A stretch of DNA of 64,000 nt from Diplonema japonicum (lineage: Eukaryota > Protista > Euglenozoa: Diplonemea), in contig OZ025676.1 in the NCBI GenBank assembly GCA_964019335.1, positions 1 to 64,000 on the forward strand. Direction: 5' to 3'. Under the pieces are notes generated by a model that saw nothing but the letters and a program-made list of their open reading frames with translations, made no database searches and was not told the origin of the DNA. Position numbers and translations under genes: made by a program. Shown piece after piece: positions 1-10,362 of this stretch (position 1 is the first letter of the stretch; every line of letters begins with the position of its first letter).

Positions 1-117
1 GGGTTTGCGGGTTTGCGGGTTTGCGGGTTTGCGGGTTTGCGGGTTTGCGGGTTTGCGGGTTTGCGGGTTTGCGGGTTTGTGGGGTTTGCGGGTTTGCGGG
101 TTTGCGGGTTTGCGGGT
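1..117. repeat. Tandem 8-mer array (GGGTTTGC)n, about 14 units, running off the window edge
   Basis: Directly visible; one variant unit (GGGTTTGTG) near position 73-81. Confidence 0.97.
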
Positions 118-1761
118 CTGGATCCCACCCCTAGGTGTGTCAGGCCCCGACTGGCTGCCTCCGCTCGGTGCGTTCCCGCCCTCTTTGGTCCCTTCGGGGG
201 CGTCATCCGCCTGCGGCTTCAGAGTCCTCCCACCGCCCTGTCTCTTCGCAGCTTGTTCCCTACAGAATTCGCTCACGGTCATCTTCCTCGTAGCAGTTGT
301 CGCACTCTGGTCCCCCTTGTTCGAGTCCCTCTGGGCCTCCGTATCCCCCTTAGGACACTGGTCCAAGGTCTGGTTCACCGCAGCGTCAGTCGCCCCTTGT
401 CTCTTCCCATCTTCCTGGGCCTTCGGGTCAAGCTCCCCTCCCTGCCCAGCCCTCTCGCTGGATCCTGTTCCGGCCATCTCCGTGTCTTCTCCTCCCGGCG
501 AGGCTGCTTCGAGTCCTGCTCCCGCTTTCCCTTGTGTTCCACCCTCCACCGGTTCCGCCTTTCGCTGCTGCTGCATTCGGGCGTCCAGGTCCTTCTTCGT
601 CTGCTCCAGAAGGGCATCCAGCTGGTGGGCCACCGTGATTGGGGGTCCGCCTCCCTGTCCCTTCACTTCCCTCTCGGACGACTCCTCAGCTTCGGTGGTT
701 TTTTCATTGCCGAAGGAGTCCTCTGTGAGGTCAGTGTTGGATTCAGTGTTGGGTTCGTTGTTCGCTTCCTCGTTGTCCTTTTTTTCCTCTTCGCCGTCCG
801 GTACCGGGGGCCCTGGATCCAACTGTACAGGCCCTTTGACTAACAGCGCCCCTGCTATCGATCTCATCATGGCCGTTGACACCTCTTGGACCACACGCCT
901 GTGTATCGAGACTCTGTCCCCGTGAGCCCGCGCAGCTATGCTCCTGGACAGTTTCTTCGTGAGGTAGACTGCTGCCCCCCCGAACCCCCCAAAGGTCTCC
1001 ATCGCGAAAGGTACAAAGGCCACGCGTGTCTTGGCGAGCTCCGCCTCATACTTCTGGCGCTTGTAGTGTTCCGCCTTCGCCGCTGCGTACCCCGCAGTCT
1101 TCGCCGCCTGGTTGACACAAGACTCGTTCCTCGGGTGCACGATGACCACGTCCATAGCCATTGGGCGGGAACCCCCCACCCCACCTGGGAAGAACACGTC
1201 CGACGACCCCGGGATCAGCCCCGTCTTCTCCATCGTTGCGCTCACCCCGGCCCACTGACAGTGTCTGTGGATGGTCTCCTTCACCCGGTCGTGCGCAATC
1301 CTGGCGTTGCCGCATCCCTGGGCATGGTCACCCCATACGTCCATCCCCTCAGTCTTGCACCTCGGGTCGTGGCAGCTCTCACCCTGCTTGTAGACCGGAG
1401 CCCCCAACCACCACTTGATCAGAGCCCCAAACTCGTTGTCCGACAGCTGGTTGTAGAAGTCAGGCGTCGCCGTCAACCACGCCCCCGCATAGTGCATTGA
1501 CTCCGACATCAACCTCGCTCTCGAGCGTGCATCTGCTTTCGCCAAGAGGTCCTCCAGCGCCTTCTCATCAAGCACCCTAGAGAGCCACCTCTGGCTGCAG
1601 ATGTGGGGGGCCTTGGCCACCATGTCGGGTGTAATCTGCATGCCGCCTTTCGTCCTGTTGAACCACTCGAGCCAGCTCCCCCATACACCCCCTTCCAGCC
1701 CATGTTCGTATTTGGGATCCAGCTCCTTGCACAGCTTCATCGTCGACGCCCTCGAAGCCAT
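118..1761 (-). mobile_element. 5'-truncated CRE/SLACS-like non-LTR retrotransposon (post-RT region, CCHC knuckle, restriction-like endonuclease, low-complexity tail)
   Basis: Minus-strand frame from 1761 has no stop down to position 1, so the ORF track omits it. Hand translation: ASRASTMKLC...SQRWLSRVLD...ARLMSESMHYAGAWLTATP...CHDPRC...DVWGDHAQGC...RIAHDRVK...SDVFF...AMDVVIVHP...AEHYKRQKY...FVPFAMETFGGFG...VQEVSTAMMRSIA. This is the characteristic CRE-clade RLE C-terminal module; the RT core is absent. Confidence 0.88.
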
Positions 1762-1850
1762 GTTTGCGGGTTTGTGCGGGTTTGTGCGGGTTTGTGCGGG
1801 TTTGTGCGGGTTTGCGGGTTCCGGGTTTGCGTGCGGGTTTGCGGGTTTGC
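1762..1850. repeat. Second GGGTTTGC-type array, with four 10-mer variants (GGGTTTGTGC) and degenerate units
   Basis: Directly visible; abuts the 5' truncation point of the retrotransposon. Confidence 0.95.
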
Positions 1851-2518
1851 GCAACCTACAGCTTGCAAAGGATCATATTCTCAGTGACAACAAGCCGTTG
1901 TGATAGTAAATAGACATCTACAAAAAGATAATCTCGATTTTAGTGCCATGGTATGTGGCAAGCCACCCTTGTGAAACTCGCAAGCCCCCTGTGCATCATT
2001 GGCAAAGGCCGCGGAGAGGCTACTTGCCAGACCTGGTGAAGCCTTGTTCGAATTCGGATGTAATGGGATGGGCCTAGGGGGATGCTGTTGACAGCTGCAG
2101 GATGAGTTTTGTGTCGAAGTTTGAGTGACTTTGAGCTAGCGAGAACTTGGTCTTCCGATTTCAATTTTTGATGTAGACCGCAAACTCGGTACGACTTCAG
2201 CACAAATATTATTACTACTACAACTACTGCCATATCATTGCCCTCTCGCGTCGATGTCCTTCTAGGAGGACCTGAAGCCCAACCTTAAGTCCTCTTGTCA
2301 TGTTTGCCCCCTACGTGGTGTTTGTTTCGTTATTTCGAGAAAGGTGAAAACACAACCAAGAAACAAGGACACTAACGACTGAAAACGGAAAAAAAGCTGT
2401 GATGGGGGAGTAGTGTTAGCAACGACCCCCGACTTAAGTAAGAAAGAAAAAAAGAAAGAAACTTAGAATTGTCACGACTGACTTTGTTGGACATCATAGC
2501 CGTTCTGTTCGTGTTAGT

Positions 2519-3993
2519 CTATCGATCAGTGCATACCTCGTGAAACAGTTTTTTCAAACGCCCCTTTAAAGCTGGCGCATCAGCTGGATCCATGCCCGAG
2601 AGGTAAGGTGCGAGCACGCCGTCGAGTATATCCTTCTCGGGTCCCAGGACGGCACCGCGTATTGCAGCCGCTATTTTAGCAGATTCCGTAGTGTCGAGTG
2701 CTTCGAGGAGCTCCACTGAGTGCTGCGACAGGCCAGCAACGACGTTCCCAGTGGCATCATACATCTCAATGTCGGCCGAGCCAGAAAGAGCGACAACCGG
2801 TTGCATGCTTCCCATTGTAGTACAGCTCTTGACGGTGGCGTGCAGCTTCACCCCAGGGTAAGATGCGTAACCCGGATAGTACTCCGTCACCATCGTGTTC
2901 AAAATCTCCTTACACGTCTCCACGGTAGGCATCTCGTCCTCGAAGGAAGGATCAAACACACCTAGCTCACCCTCCTCGACATCCTCCTCGTCGTCTTCGT
3001 CTTCCAAGTACGGGTGCTTCAAGAGCTCCTTTGCGGAAGGTCTGTCCTGCGGGTCAAAACTCAACGTCTTATATAAAAAGTCCATTTCATCATCTGTCAC
3101 CGTTGCAGGAAGGTAAGGGGCATCTGGCGGAAAGCTCCTCAAATCCTTTCTCGGCGTGGGACTCACGCTCTTAATGTAATTCTTTGCGTTTGCTGACTCG
3201 ATGTACGAGTACTGGCTCTCGCTGGGCGTGCCGATGACGTTTATGATGAGGTTCAGCTGCTCAAGGAAGTTGCTCCCTGGAAAAAGTGCCCGGTGTTTCA
3301 CAGAAAGCATCTCAGCGAAGATGCAGCCCACGGACCAGATGTCGATGGCATAGTTGTACTTCCCCCAGTTCATCAAGAGCTCAGGGGCACGATACCATCT
3401 TGTAACGACGTAAACGCTTTTCATGGTGTGCACATCGTCTCTTGCCAACCCGAAGTCACCTATTTTGAGGGAGCAATCCTGACTGACAAAGATGTTGTCA
3501 GGTTTTAAATCTCTGTGCACTACCTTTGCGGCGTGGACGGCTTGAACCTGTGATTGATGTGGTGTCGTACTGTACGGCATACCCCTGAAACGAGCTGTGT
3601 CGTGAACCATGATATGTGCTCCGGTGTGAGCGTAGGGCTATTTTTAAGGAGGCTTGTCAGATCCGTGTCCAGCAAGTCAGTCACGAGGTATATACTTTTG
3701 CAGTCACCCGAAATATCCTTTGGCTGCAATATGTTCAACAATCCCAGCACATTGTCATGCTCTTTAAAGTGTTTCAGCAACCGTACCTCTCTCACTAGCT
3801 TCTTCGCAGCATCCAACCCTTTAAAAGGATCTACAATCTTTTTAATGGCCACAGGAGTACCCAGCATGTGGTCAGTAGCAGAACACACTACACCGAAGGC
3901 ACCGTTACCAAGTGCCGCCTTTAGCTCGTATCTCTTTGGTACTTCAAAGAAGGTACCACTGACATTGTACCCTTCCAGTTCCTCCATATCCAT
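2519..3993 (-). CDS. Mitogen-activated protein kinase (ERK/p38-like) with C-terminal extension; intron 3548..3582
   Basis: GNGAFG, VAIKK, HRDLKPDN, DFGLAR, YVVTRWYRAPE. A 35-nt GTATG...CAG intron joins TQLVSG|VQAVH in frame. Confidence 0.93.
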
Positions 3994-4033
3994 TCCTGTG
4001 GTGGTGTGAACAAAAAGGGTAAACAAAAAAAAA

Positions 4034-4161
4034 TATATGAGTCAAAGGAAGTCTTTGTGAGACGCCCCCTTGTTCTCATCTTCTACCTGCACCTGTCCCC
4101 TTTCAGCAGCGGTTTCTCCTCCTTTGGTGGTCTTGCTGGCCTTCTCCCCAGCCTGGCCGTG
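4034..4161 (-). mobile_element. Short retroposon copy (128 bp, 5'-truncated)
   Basis: Near-identical to 13244..13369; flanked by A-runs on both sides (putative TSD). Confidence 0.75.
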
Positions 4162-4279
4162 AAAAAAAGATCCAAAAAAAATCCACAAGCGCACAGTTAG
4201 TGGGAAAGAAATAAGGTAAGTGCTGCTTTGCGGTGGAAAAGTGTGCATGTGTGCGTTTACGTTCTTCAGCTTCCAACAG

Positions 4280-5665
4280 CTACAAGATACCCATGAGACG
4301 TTTCTCTTTTGGGGTAAGGCTAAACTTCGTAACACGCAGCACCTGCTCTGTGTCCCCATCCCTGCTGCTAATGGTAACATCGCCAGCAGGGTCGTCGACA
4401 AGGATACTCCACGGCATCGACTCCTCACGGTGGAGGGAGGAGAGCCCTTCTAGAAACTCCCTCACGGCACTCTGCGAACCTTGCCCCATGATCATTTGCA
4501 TGTTTTCCTGTACCTGCTTCTGATGCTCTGCAAGGAATCCCCCAATAGTGATAGGTCTGCCTGCTGTAATGTGGCTGCTAAAGTCTACTTCCACCTTCGG
4601 TACCTCAACTGTCGCCTCCCTTGAGTGGAGCATAACACGTGAGAGGTCTTCTTTGCAGGTCACCACTAATTCTACCCTTCTGCCAGGCTTCGAAACGTCC
4701 TCCTGACTCAGCAGTGACGCCGTGTCCAGATACACAGAGGACATCGACGACATCCTGTCAGCGTAGCCCTTCAGATCTTCAGACCACCGTAGCTGATGTG
4801 CTAGATATGCAAGTGCCGCGTCGCAGTCATCAGGGACATAGATATCCCTCCCACGCCCATACTTCAGACCGACATCCTCACCAACCTTCATTTTGCTGAT
4901 GACCATCCGGTAGCACGTGGACGGTACCTCGTTGGGGAGCTCACTCAGGGGTGCCACCGTCAAGCTTGTTCCCACAACCAGAAGGAGATCCATATCTGAG
5001 TTCTCAGTCAAGCTGGCAGCGTAGCTGTCGTCAAGTGCCTCGCCGTAAAGTACTACGTCAGGGCGCATTCCTTCCCTACCGCATGACGTGCACAACATGG
5101 GCTCTGTTTTGTCGGGTGCTGTCGTGTCTTCTCCAGTAATGTCTTTCACTTTGTGCCGCAAATGATCGACAAAAGTAGCGAAACTCTCTTCCTTCCTGCA
5201 GTAGTGACAGCTTATAGTCGTCATCTTTCCGTGCACATTAAAGACCTTTTCCTTGCTCACTCCCGCTTCTGTCTCCAAGCAGTCGACGTTTTGCGTATAG
5301 ATTTTCGTGAGGAGACCGTGCTCCTCCAACAACTTGAGCATGAAATGCGAAGCAGTAGGCTTGAGCACCTTGTCTTTCAGCTTTAAAGAAAAGTCGCGCT
5401 TTACCTCCAGAAATGGCAGCTGACACTCCTCAAATACCTCCTTCGACACAACGCGTGATGGCTCCTCTGCGATGTAAGCCTGCTGCGCAGCAGAAGTGGA
5501 CAAGCGCGCAACATCTAGAGTATTGTAAAGGCCTTTAGCCGAGCGGAAATCGTTGATACCGCTGTTAACGCTGATCCCCGCACCTAGCAAGACACCTATG
5601 TTCTTGATGGTGCCATCTTTGATCTTAGCAGCAACGTCCTCTACAGTGTACAAACGCGGGAGCAT
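4280..5665 (-). CDS. Class I sirtuin (SIRT2/Hst2-like NAD-dependent deacylase) fused to a C-terminal ZPR1 A/B-like domain
   Basis: GAGIS..SGI.DFRS, YTQNVD, HG, CxxC...CxxC, RPDVVLYGE, GTSL. Tail has EDLSRVMLHSREATVEVPKV...ITIGGFL...SILVDDPAGD. Confidence 0.9.
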   Translation of the reverse strand: MLPRLYTVEDVAAKIKDGTIKNIGVLLGAGISVNSGINDFRSAKGLYNTLDVARLSTSAAQQAYIAEEPSRVVSKEVFEECQLPFLEVKRDFSLKLKDKVLKPTASHFMLKLLEEHGLLTKIYTQNVDCLETEAGVSKEKVFNVHGKMTTISCHYCRKEESFATFVDHLRHKVKDITGEDTTAPDKTEPMLCTSCGREGMRPDVVLYGEALDDSYAASLTENSDMDLLLVVGTSLTVAPLSELPNEVPSTCYRMVISKMKVGEDVGLKYGRGRDIYVPDDCDAALAYLAHQLRWSEDLKGYADRMSSMSSVYLDTASLLSQEDVSKPGRRVELVVTCKEDLSRVMLHSREATVEVPKVEVDFSSHITAGRPITIGGFLAEHQKQVQENMQMIMGQGSQSAVREFLEGLSSLHREESMPWSILVDDPAGDVTISSRDGDTEQVLRVTKFSLTPKEKRLMGIL

Positions 5666-5713
5666 TCCTGTGATGACAAGTTATTGAGTAGAAAGAATGA
5701 AATGAATAGAAAA

Positions 5714-6742
5714 CTACAAACTACCCAGTAGGCAGCACCTACTGTTGCCCTGCTGATAAGCAGCTGCTATCATATTTGAAAACTGTTCTGGTGATACGCG
5801 CCCGTCGGGGCTGAATTCATTTACTACAGAGGCGAGAAAGTCACTGGAAATTGAAGAGGACAGGTGCTTGCGCAAATCACTGTATCTGAGGTACGTTTTG
5901 CCAGGCTGCTTGAACATGTGGTACATCTCAAGTATCTCCTTTGCATCGCGCTCGTCGAAGTTGTCCATCCACGTGGGATGCACCACAGCAGTCGAGGGGC
6001 CGCCCCATTTGTTAATTGCCCAGTTCAGGTCCCTGGTTGATGCCTCAGTGAAGAAGCACCTTAGCATCTCCAAGTAATCTATAGAGCCGCTCCCGTCGGT
6101 GTCCAACTTTTCAAATGTTTCCTTGTCGATCTTCAATCCCGTCAGGTCCCCCAAGTCCTGCATCTCGTCCCAGTCAAGGGACCCGTTCCCGTCGTTGTCG
6201 ATGGCCTCGAAGCACCCCCGGATCCTGGTGTACTCCGCCTTTGTAAAAGGCAGATATGGCTTGGAACGTGTCCCTTTCGGCTTTACTCGGGAATGCCGTT
6301 GTGCCTCCTTGTCGGCATTGTGCAGCACCGTAGCTAGAGAAGCCTTCCTCTTCAGCTGCTTGGCGACATCTAGCAATGTAGCGATGCCTTGCACAGGCCG
6401 CTCCTTGAGGCCCTGCTTTGAACTAAAACCCGGCAACGGAGGCAACCGCATGCTGTGCTCCATACTCTTTTTCTGAACAGTAGCCTGCGTCACCCATATA
6501 GGTGGGAGCTTCACCCTGGTCTTCACAGGAGTCGGGCCTGTGTAGTCCCACTTGTGCGTGATTTTCTTTTTATTCTTTGCACCTTGGCCCACACCTGTAC
6601 AGTATGCCTCGACTTCCGAGAGAAGGCATTGCATGTATCCTGTGCGGCATGTGCACCTGCAGCTGCACTGGTGGCAAAAAAACGAAAATGGGGGTAAATA
6701 ATAGAGAGGAAGGCACCTTTTGTGGCACGAGTCAGTCTGCAC
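5714..6742 (-). CDS. EF-hand calcium-binding protein (5' end and first exons uncertain)
   Basis: Two canonical EF loops, DNDGNGSLDWDE and DTDGSGSIDYLE, plus a degenerate C-lobe. Confidence 0.8.
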   Translation of the reverse strand: MQTDSCHKRCLPLYYLPPFSFFCHQCSCRCTCRTGYMQCLLSEVEAYCTGVGQGAKNKKKITHKWDYTGPTPVKTRVKLPPIWVTQATVQKKSMEHSMRLPPLPGFSSKQGLKERPVQGIATLLDVAKQLKRKASLATVLHNADKEAQRHSRVKPKGTRSKPYLPFTKAEYTRIRGCFEAIDNDGNGSLDWDEMQDLGDLTGLKIDKETFEKLDTDGSGSIDYLEMLRCFFTEASTRDLNWAINKWGGPSTAVVHPTWMDNFDERDAKEILEMYHMFKQPGKTYLRYSDLRKHLSSSISSDFLASVVNEFSPDGRVSPEQFSNMIAAAYQQGNSRCCLLGSL

Positions 6743-7695
6743 ACTGCATTTTCTTAAAGAAGCACATAGTGTTATGTATAAAAAGGAACGAGAAATAATA
6801 AAAAAAAAGATATTCTGGCCACCGTAAGCACCAAAGCATTAATAACATAAAAGGCTGGGAGTGTAAATGGAGACGGAAAGGAGGGGCGGAAGGAAGGGGA
6901 GAAAGCGCTACAATCACCTCAGCAACAGGCCTTCCACACGCCGCAGGATAGTGTTGCATTCAGATGTGAGAAGCAACAAAAGGGGATGTTTTCGGTGGCA
7001 TAATAGAAATAGTCGGTGGGAGGGGAAGTCGTGTGCAAGCAGTAAGCTGTAAAGCCTCAGGGTGGAGAGGGGGCGGAGAGGATGTGTTTCCCTTCTTTTC
7101 TTGTCTTTTTTGTATTTCTTTCTTATTTCCTTGTCTTTTTTTTTTTTCTCTTTTTTTCATTCAGAGAGGAGAGAGAAGAGAGGGAATGGCGTAAATAAAA
7201 GAAAAAAAGCAAAGCCGTAAAAAAAATTATAAAAAATAAAAAACCATACTTGAAACCCGTCAAGGGGGGCGAAATTTTCCCATGTTCCTTGTTTTTTTAG
7301 CATTGTCGACCTGGCCTTTTCTCCATATGGCGTATCTTAACAACCCCGAGAAATTGACGATAAAAGTCGAGATCACCTATATGGCCTCTCTGAAACTTCC
7401 TCATGGGGTCTTAAGTATGAAAAAATTATAAAGAAAAAAAATCTCTCGTTTAGATCGCTGACACACCTTCAAAGCAAGGTACTGTTATACAGCTTTTGGT
7501 TGCACTCACTCCTGAAGGTGCCAGCTTCTTACGCTTTGGCCCGCATCTTTGCAAGAGAGACAGCAACACAACGAAAGGAAGAAAGATGCGGTGGGAAGGA
7601 AGAAGTTAATAAAAGAAAGAAAAAGAAGCGATAAAGCTTTTCTGTTGTTTGTTTGTTTGTTTTTGTTTGTTTGTTTGTGGTTCCCCTGTTTTGCT

Positions 7696-7731
<36 letters not shown>

Positions 7732-8493
7732 TTTCTTTGTAGTTTAGGAGGGAAAGAGAGAAAGAAAAGAGAAAAAAAAATAACAGAAAGGATAAGACGG
7801 CGCAAGTTGTGGCAGTATCCCACAAAAAATCTTTTTTTCATGTATCAGCTATAAAAAATCGGTGGAATAAAATCGGTGGAAAAAAAGGCGACAGCAAAGG
7901 TTCAAGATTTTTGAATACATATTTCCAAAAAGCTTCTTTTTTTTTTTTTTTCTTGAAGCAAGTCCAGTCCCACCTTTTTCTTCAATAACCTATACATAGA
8001 ACAAAAGGAAGGGGAAGGGGTAAATTATTTTTGCCCATAGTTTTTGGTTTCTTTTCTTTTTTTCTTATTCTTCACCTTTTTTTTTTTTTTTTTTTTTTTG
8101 TATTTTCGGAAAAATTAAAAACTCAGGGGGAAAAAAGGGGGGGGGGGGACGGTGCGAAGTAGTGATAAAGCGGAACAAGACCTTGCCTAAATTTTCTTCT
8201 TTTTCCTTCCATTTCTTGACACGCCTCACTGCTTGAGAAACAAAAAATATGTCCCTGACTACGCAACATTGCAGTGAAACAGATGCTTGCTCAAACCCGA
8301 GGGGAGATTCACCTCCCCTGCAAACTTAGGTTTTTCTTTCTTTCTTTTTTTTTTTTTTTCCTTCTTGCATTGATCTTTTCTAGTTCTTCGCAGTTCGTTG
8401 CATTGCGAAAACCAATACTATTGCTTTTGGTGAAACAGTCACAGATCTTAATGCACCCACCTCGGGCCTGTCTTCGTAGGCCGAGTAAAATAA

Positions 8494-8543
8494 TATATGA
8501 GCTAAAGGAAGTCTTTGTGAGACGCCCACTTGTTCTCATCCAC
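8494..8543 (-). mobile_element. Short retroposon copy (50 bp), TSD AAATAA
   Basis: Same terminus (TATATGAG...GTCTTTGTGAGACGCCC) as the 4034 and 13244 copies; AAATAA at 8488-8493 and 8544-8549. Confidence 0.75.
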
Positions 8544-8944
8544 AAATAATATTATATCTTTTGCTCACACACCTTCCCTCAAAAAAAAGGTAAGAAAAAA
8601 TAAAACAATAAGAGAGGAAGGGGAGAGAAAAAACAGCATAACACAAGGGAAGGGCGGGGGGAGAAAGAAAAACATTTACTTTCTTTTGTTTTTCCCAGCA
8701 CTGCAAAAAAAAAAAAGAAAAAAAAAACACTGTTGTAATATTCATTTCTTTTTCTATTTCTTTTATTTGACCTACAGTACAAAATCTTTCGTTAACATAA
8801 GGTAGTAGGGGGTGGGTAGGGGCCCTATTTAAGCACTTCTTTTCGTCCAAGTTGGGATTGACAAAAATGCAGAGTCAATTCTTGATACATGTGGAAGACG
8901 ATGGTGGTGAAGCGATAGCAACCTGACCTACCAAATAAAAAAAA

Positions 8945-8985
8945 TATATGAGTTAAAGGAGGCCGGTGTTGGCGGCGCCCTTTGG
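8945..8985 (-). mobile_element. Short retroposon copy, subfamily variant (41 bp), A-run TSD
   Basis: TATATGAGTTAAAGGA terminus shared; stem sequence changed with compensation; A-runs on both sides. Confidence 0.6.
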
Positions 8986-10362
8986 AAAAAAAGGGCAATT
9001 GGGGTAATAATTGACATGCAAATGCGAGAACAACAACCCAAAGAGAGGGATATAAAAAAATAAATAAAACAGTGGATGAGTTGTCAAATTAGCCTGCAGC
9101 AGGCTAAGCCGAACAAAGCTGTCATTACTTTTTCTTTTTTGCTCCAGCAAAGTAATAAAAGTCGATGTCACATGCAAACCCCATGTGGGCCGCAGGCCAT
9201 AAAAGAGGGTTCACTTGAGCTCCTGCAAATACTTCTAAATTATAAAGGGACTGCCATTTCTGACACCGAAGGGGGAGAGAGTAGGCGGAAAAAAAAAGAA
9301 GAAGAAAAAAAAAGGAAAAAAGGGGGACAGGGATAATGGTAAGAAGAAGGGCAAAATATGCAGTTGTATTGGGTCCACCTGTTATACAAAATAGTCCCCC
9401 CCCCCCCCTTTACTTTTCATGGTTTTTCCCCCCCTTCCTACGTTCTTTCAGGGCAAGCCTAAAAAAATAAACTCCTCGTATCTCTAATCTGACTCAGCTG
9501 CTGGTTATTTGGAGGAAGCAACTTTTAATATTTCAATCCACAAAGCACGCGGAAAGAACATTCTCAGCCCCCCCCCCCCCCCCCCCAAAGGTCAGATTAG
9601 AAATTCGAACCGTGTACAGGTCGCGACCCACCAAACCAGCCTTTTTGAACAAAAGGAAAAAACTCAAAGTAAAAGACAACCACATGAGGACAGGACCTCA
9701 TAAAAACAGGCTCCCACAGGTTTCTCCGACCTCGACAGCCCCTTTGAGACATTTCGGACTTTGCTTGACGGGTTTAGAGATATGAGGCGTAAAAAGTCTA
9801 AAGGTACATGAAAAATTCAAAGTAAAAAACATGCAACCGTAATAGTATGAAGAATAAAAAAGGGAAAGAAAAATCAAGCTTTGAAGCTTGAGAAAAACTA
9901 CCCATAAGGTACGGAAAAGATACATTTTAAAGCGAAAAATAAAAATAAAAAACGTTTATCATTTTCTTTTTTTTTTTCCTTCTGATCCTTTCTTTCTGCT
10001 TTCTTTTTCTTTTTCTCGTTTCCAATTCCCCTTCTTGCCAAGCCGAAGGAGGGCTGAGTGTGGTACAAAAATGGGAAGGAAAAATTAAAATATGGCTACC
10101 CAGCTGAAAAGGGGCAAACGAAGTTGCTAAAACCTTATCGCCAAATGGCCAAGGCTCCTTGTTGTCTGGTAAACTTCAACTGAACACCTGCCATATGACA
10201 AAAAAAAGAAGAGAAAGAGAGAGAAAGATAGAACCCCAAGGTAATGCTAGGGGGTGGACTTAACCAGCTTTTGTGCACAACTACATGCTTTTTCTTCTTT
10301 ATTTTCTTTCCTTTTTCTGAAGAACGAAAAGCGAAGGCGGACAAAAGAAAATAAAAAGGAAG

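Larger units (their letters stand above)
7250..9900 (+). pseudogene. Possible decayed ankyrin-repeat gene remnants within a homopolymer-rich spacer
   Basis: Scattered plus-strand fragments: WPFLHMAYLNN (about 7310), ILLLLVKQ / DLNAPT (about 8420-8460), VQVGIDKNAE (about 8845), QTPCGPQAIKEGSLELLQILLNYKG (about 9175), SAAGYLEE (about 9495). Frames are broken. Confidence 0.35.

Noticed and set aside
1-117. CRISPR array or bona fide left telomere
   Set aside because: No spacers, and the G-rich strand polarity is opposite to that of a left chromosome end.
5-1903. Plus-strand ORFs 5..925, 13..843, 886..1500 and 1601..1903
   Set aside because: Antisense shadows of the minus-strand retrotransposon ORF and translations of the 8-mer repeat.
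1860-2320. Possible small gene (ORF 1940..2233) next to the repeat
   Set aside because: No recognisable motif and no convincing spliced model; may be a disrupted gene fragment.
4034-4085. SECIS element or H/ACA-like snoRNA reading of the repeated hairpin
   Set aside because: No proper AUGA/GA quartet spacing or terminal ACA/AGA box, and no in-frame UGA selenoprotein upstream; TSDs and 5' truncation fit retroposition better.
6960-10344. Many short Lys/Phe-rich ORFs in AT-rich spacers (also 32.7-33.4, 39.2-39.9 and 48.1-48.5 kb)
   Set aside because: Translations of homopolymer and microsatellite tracts.
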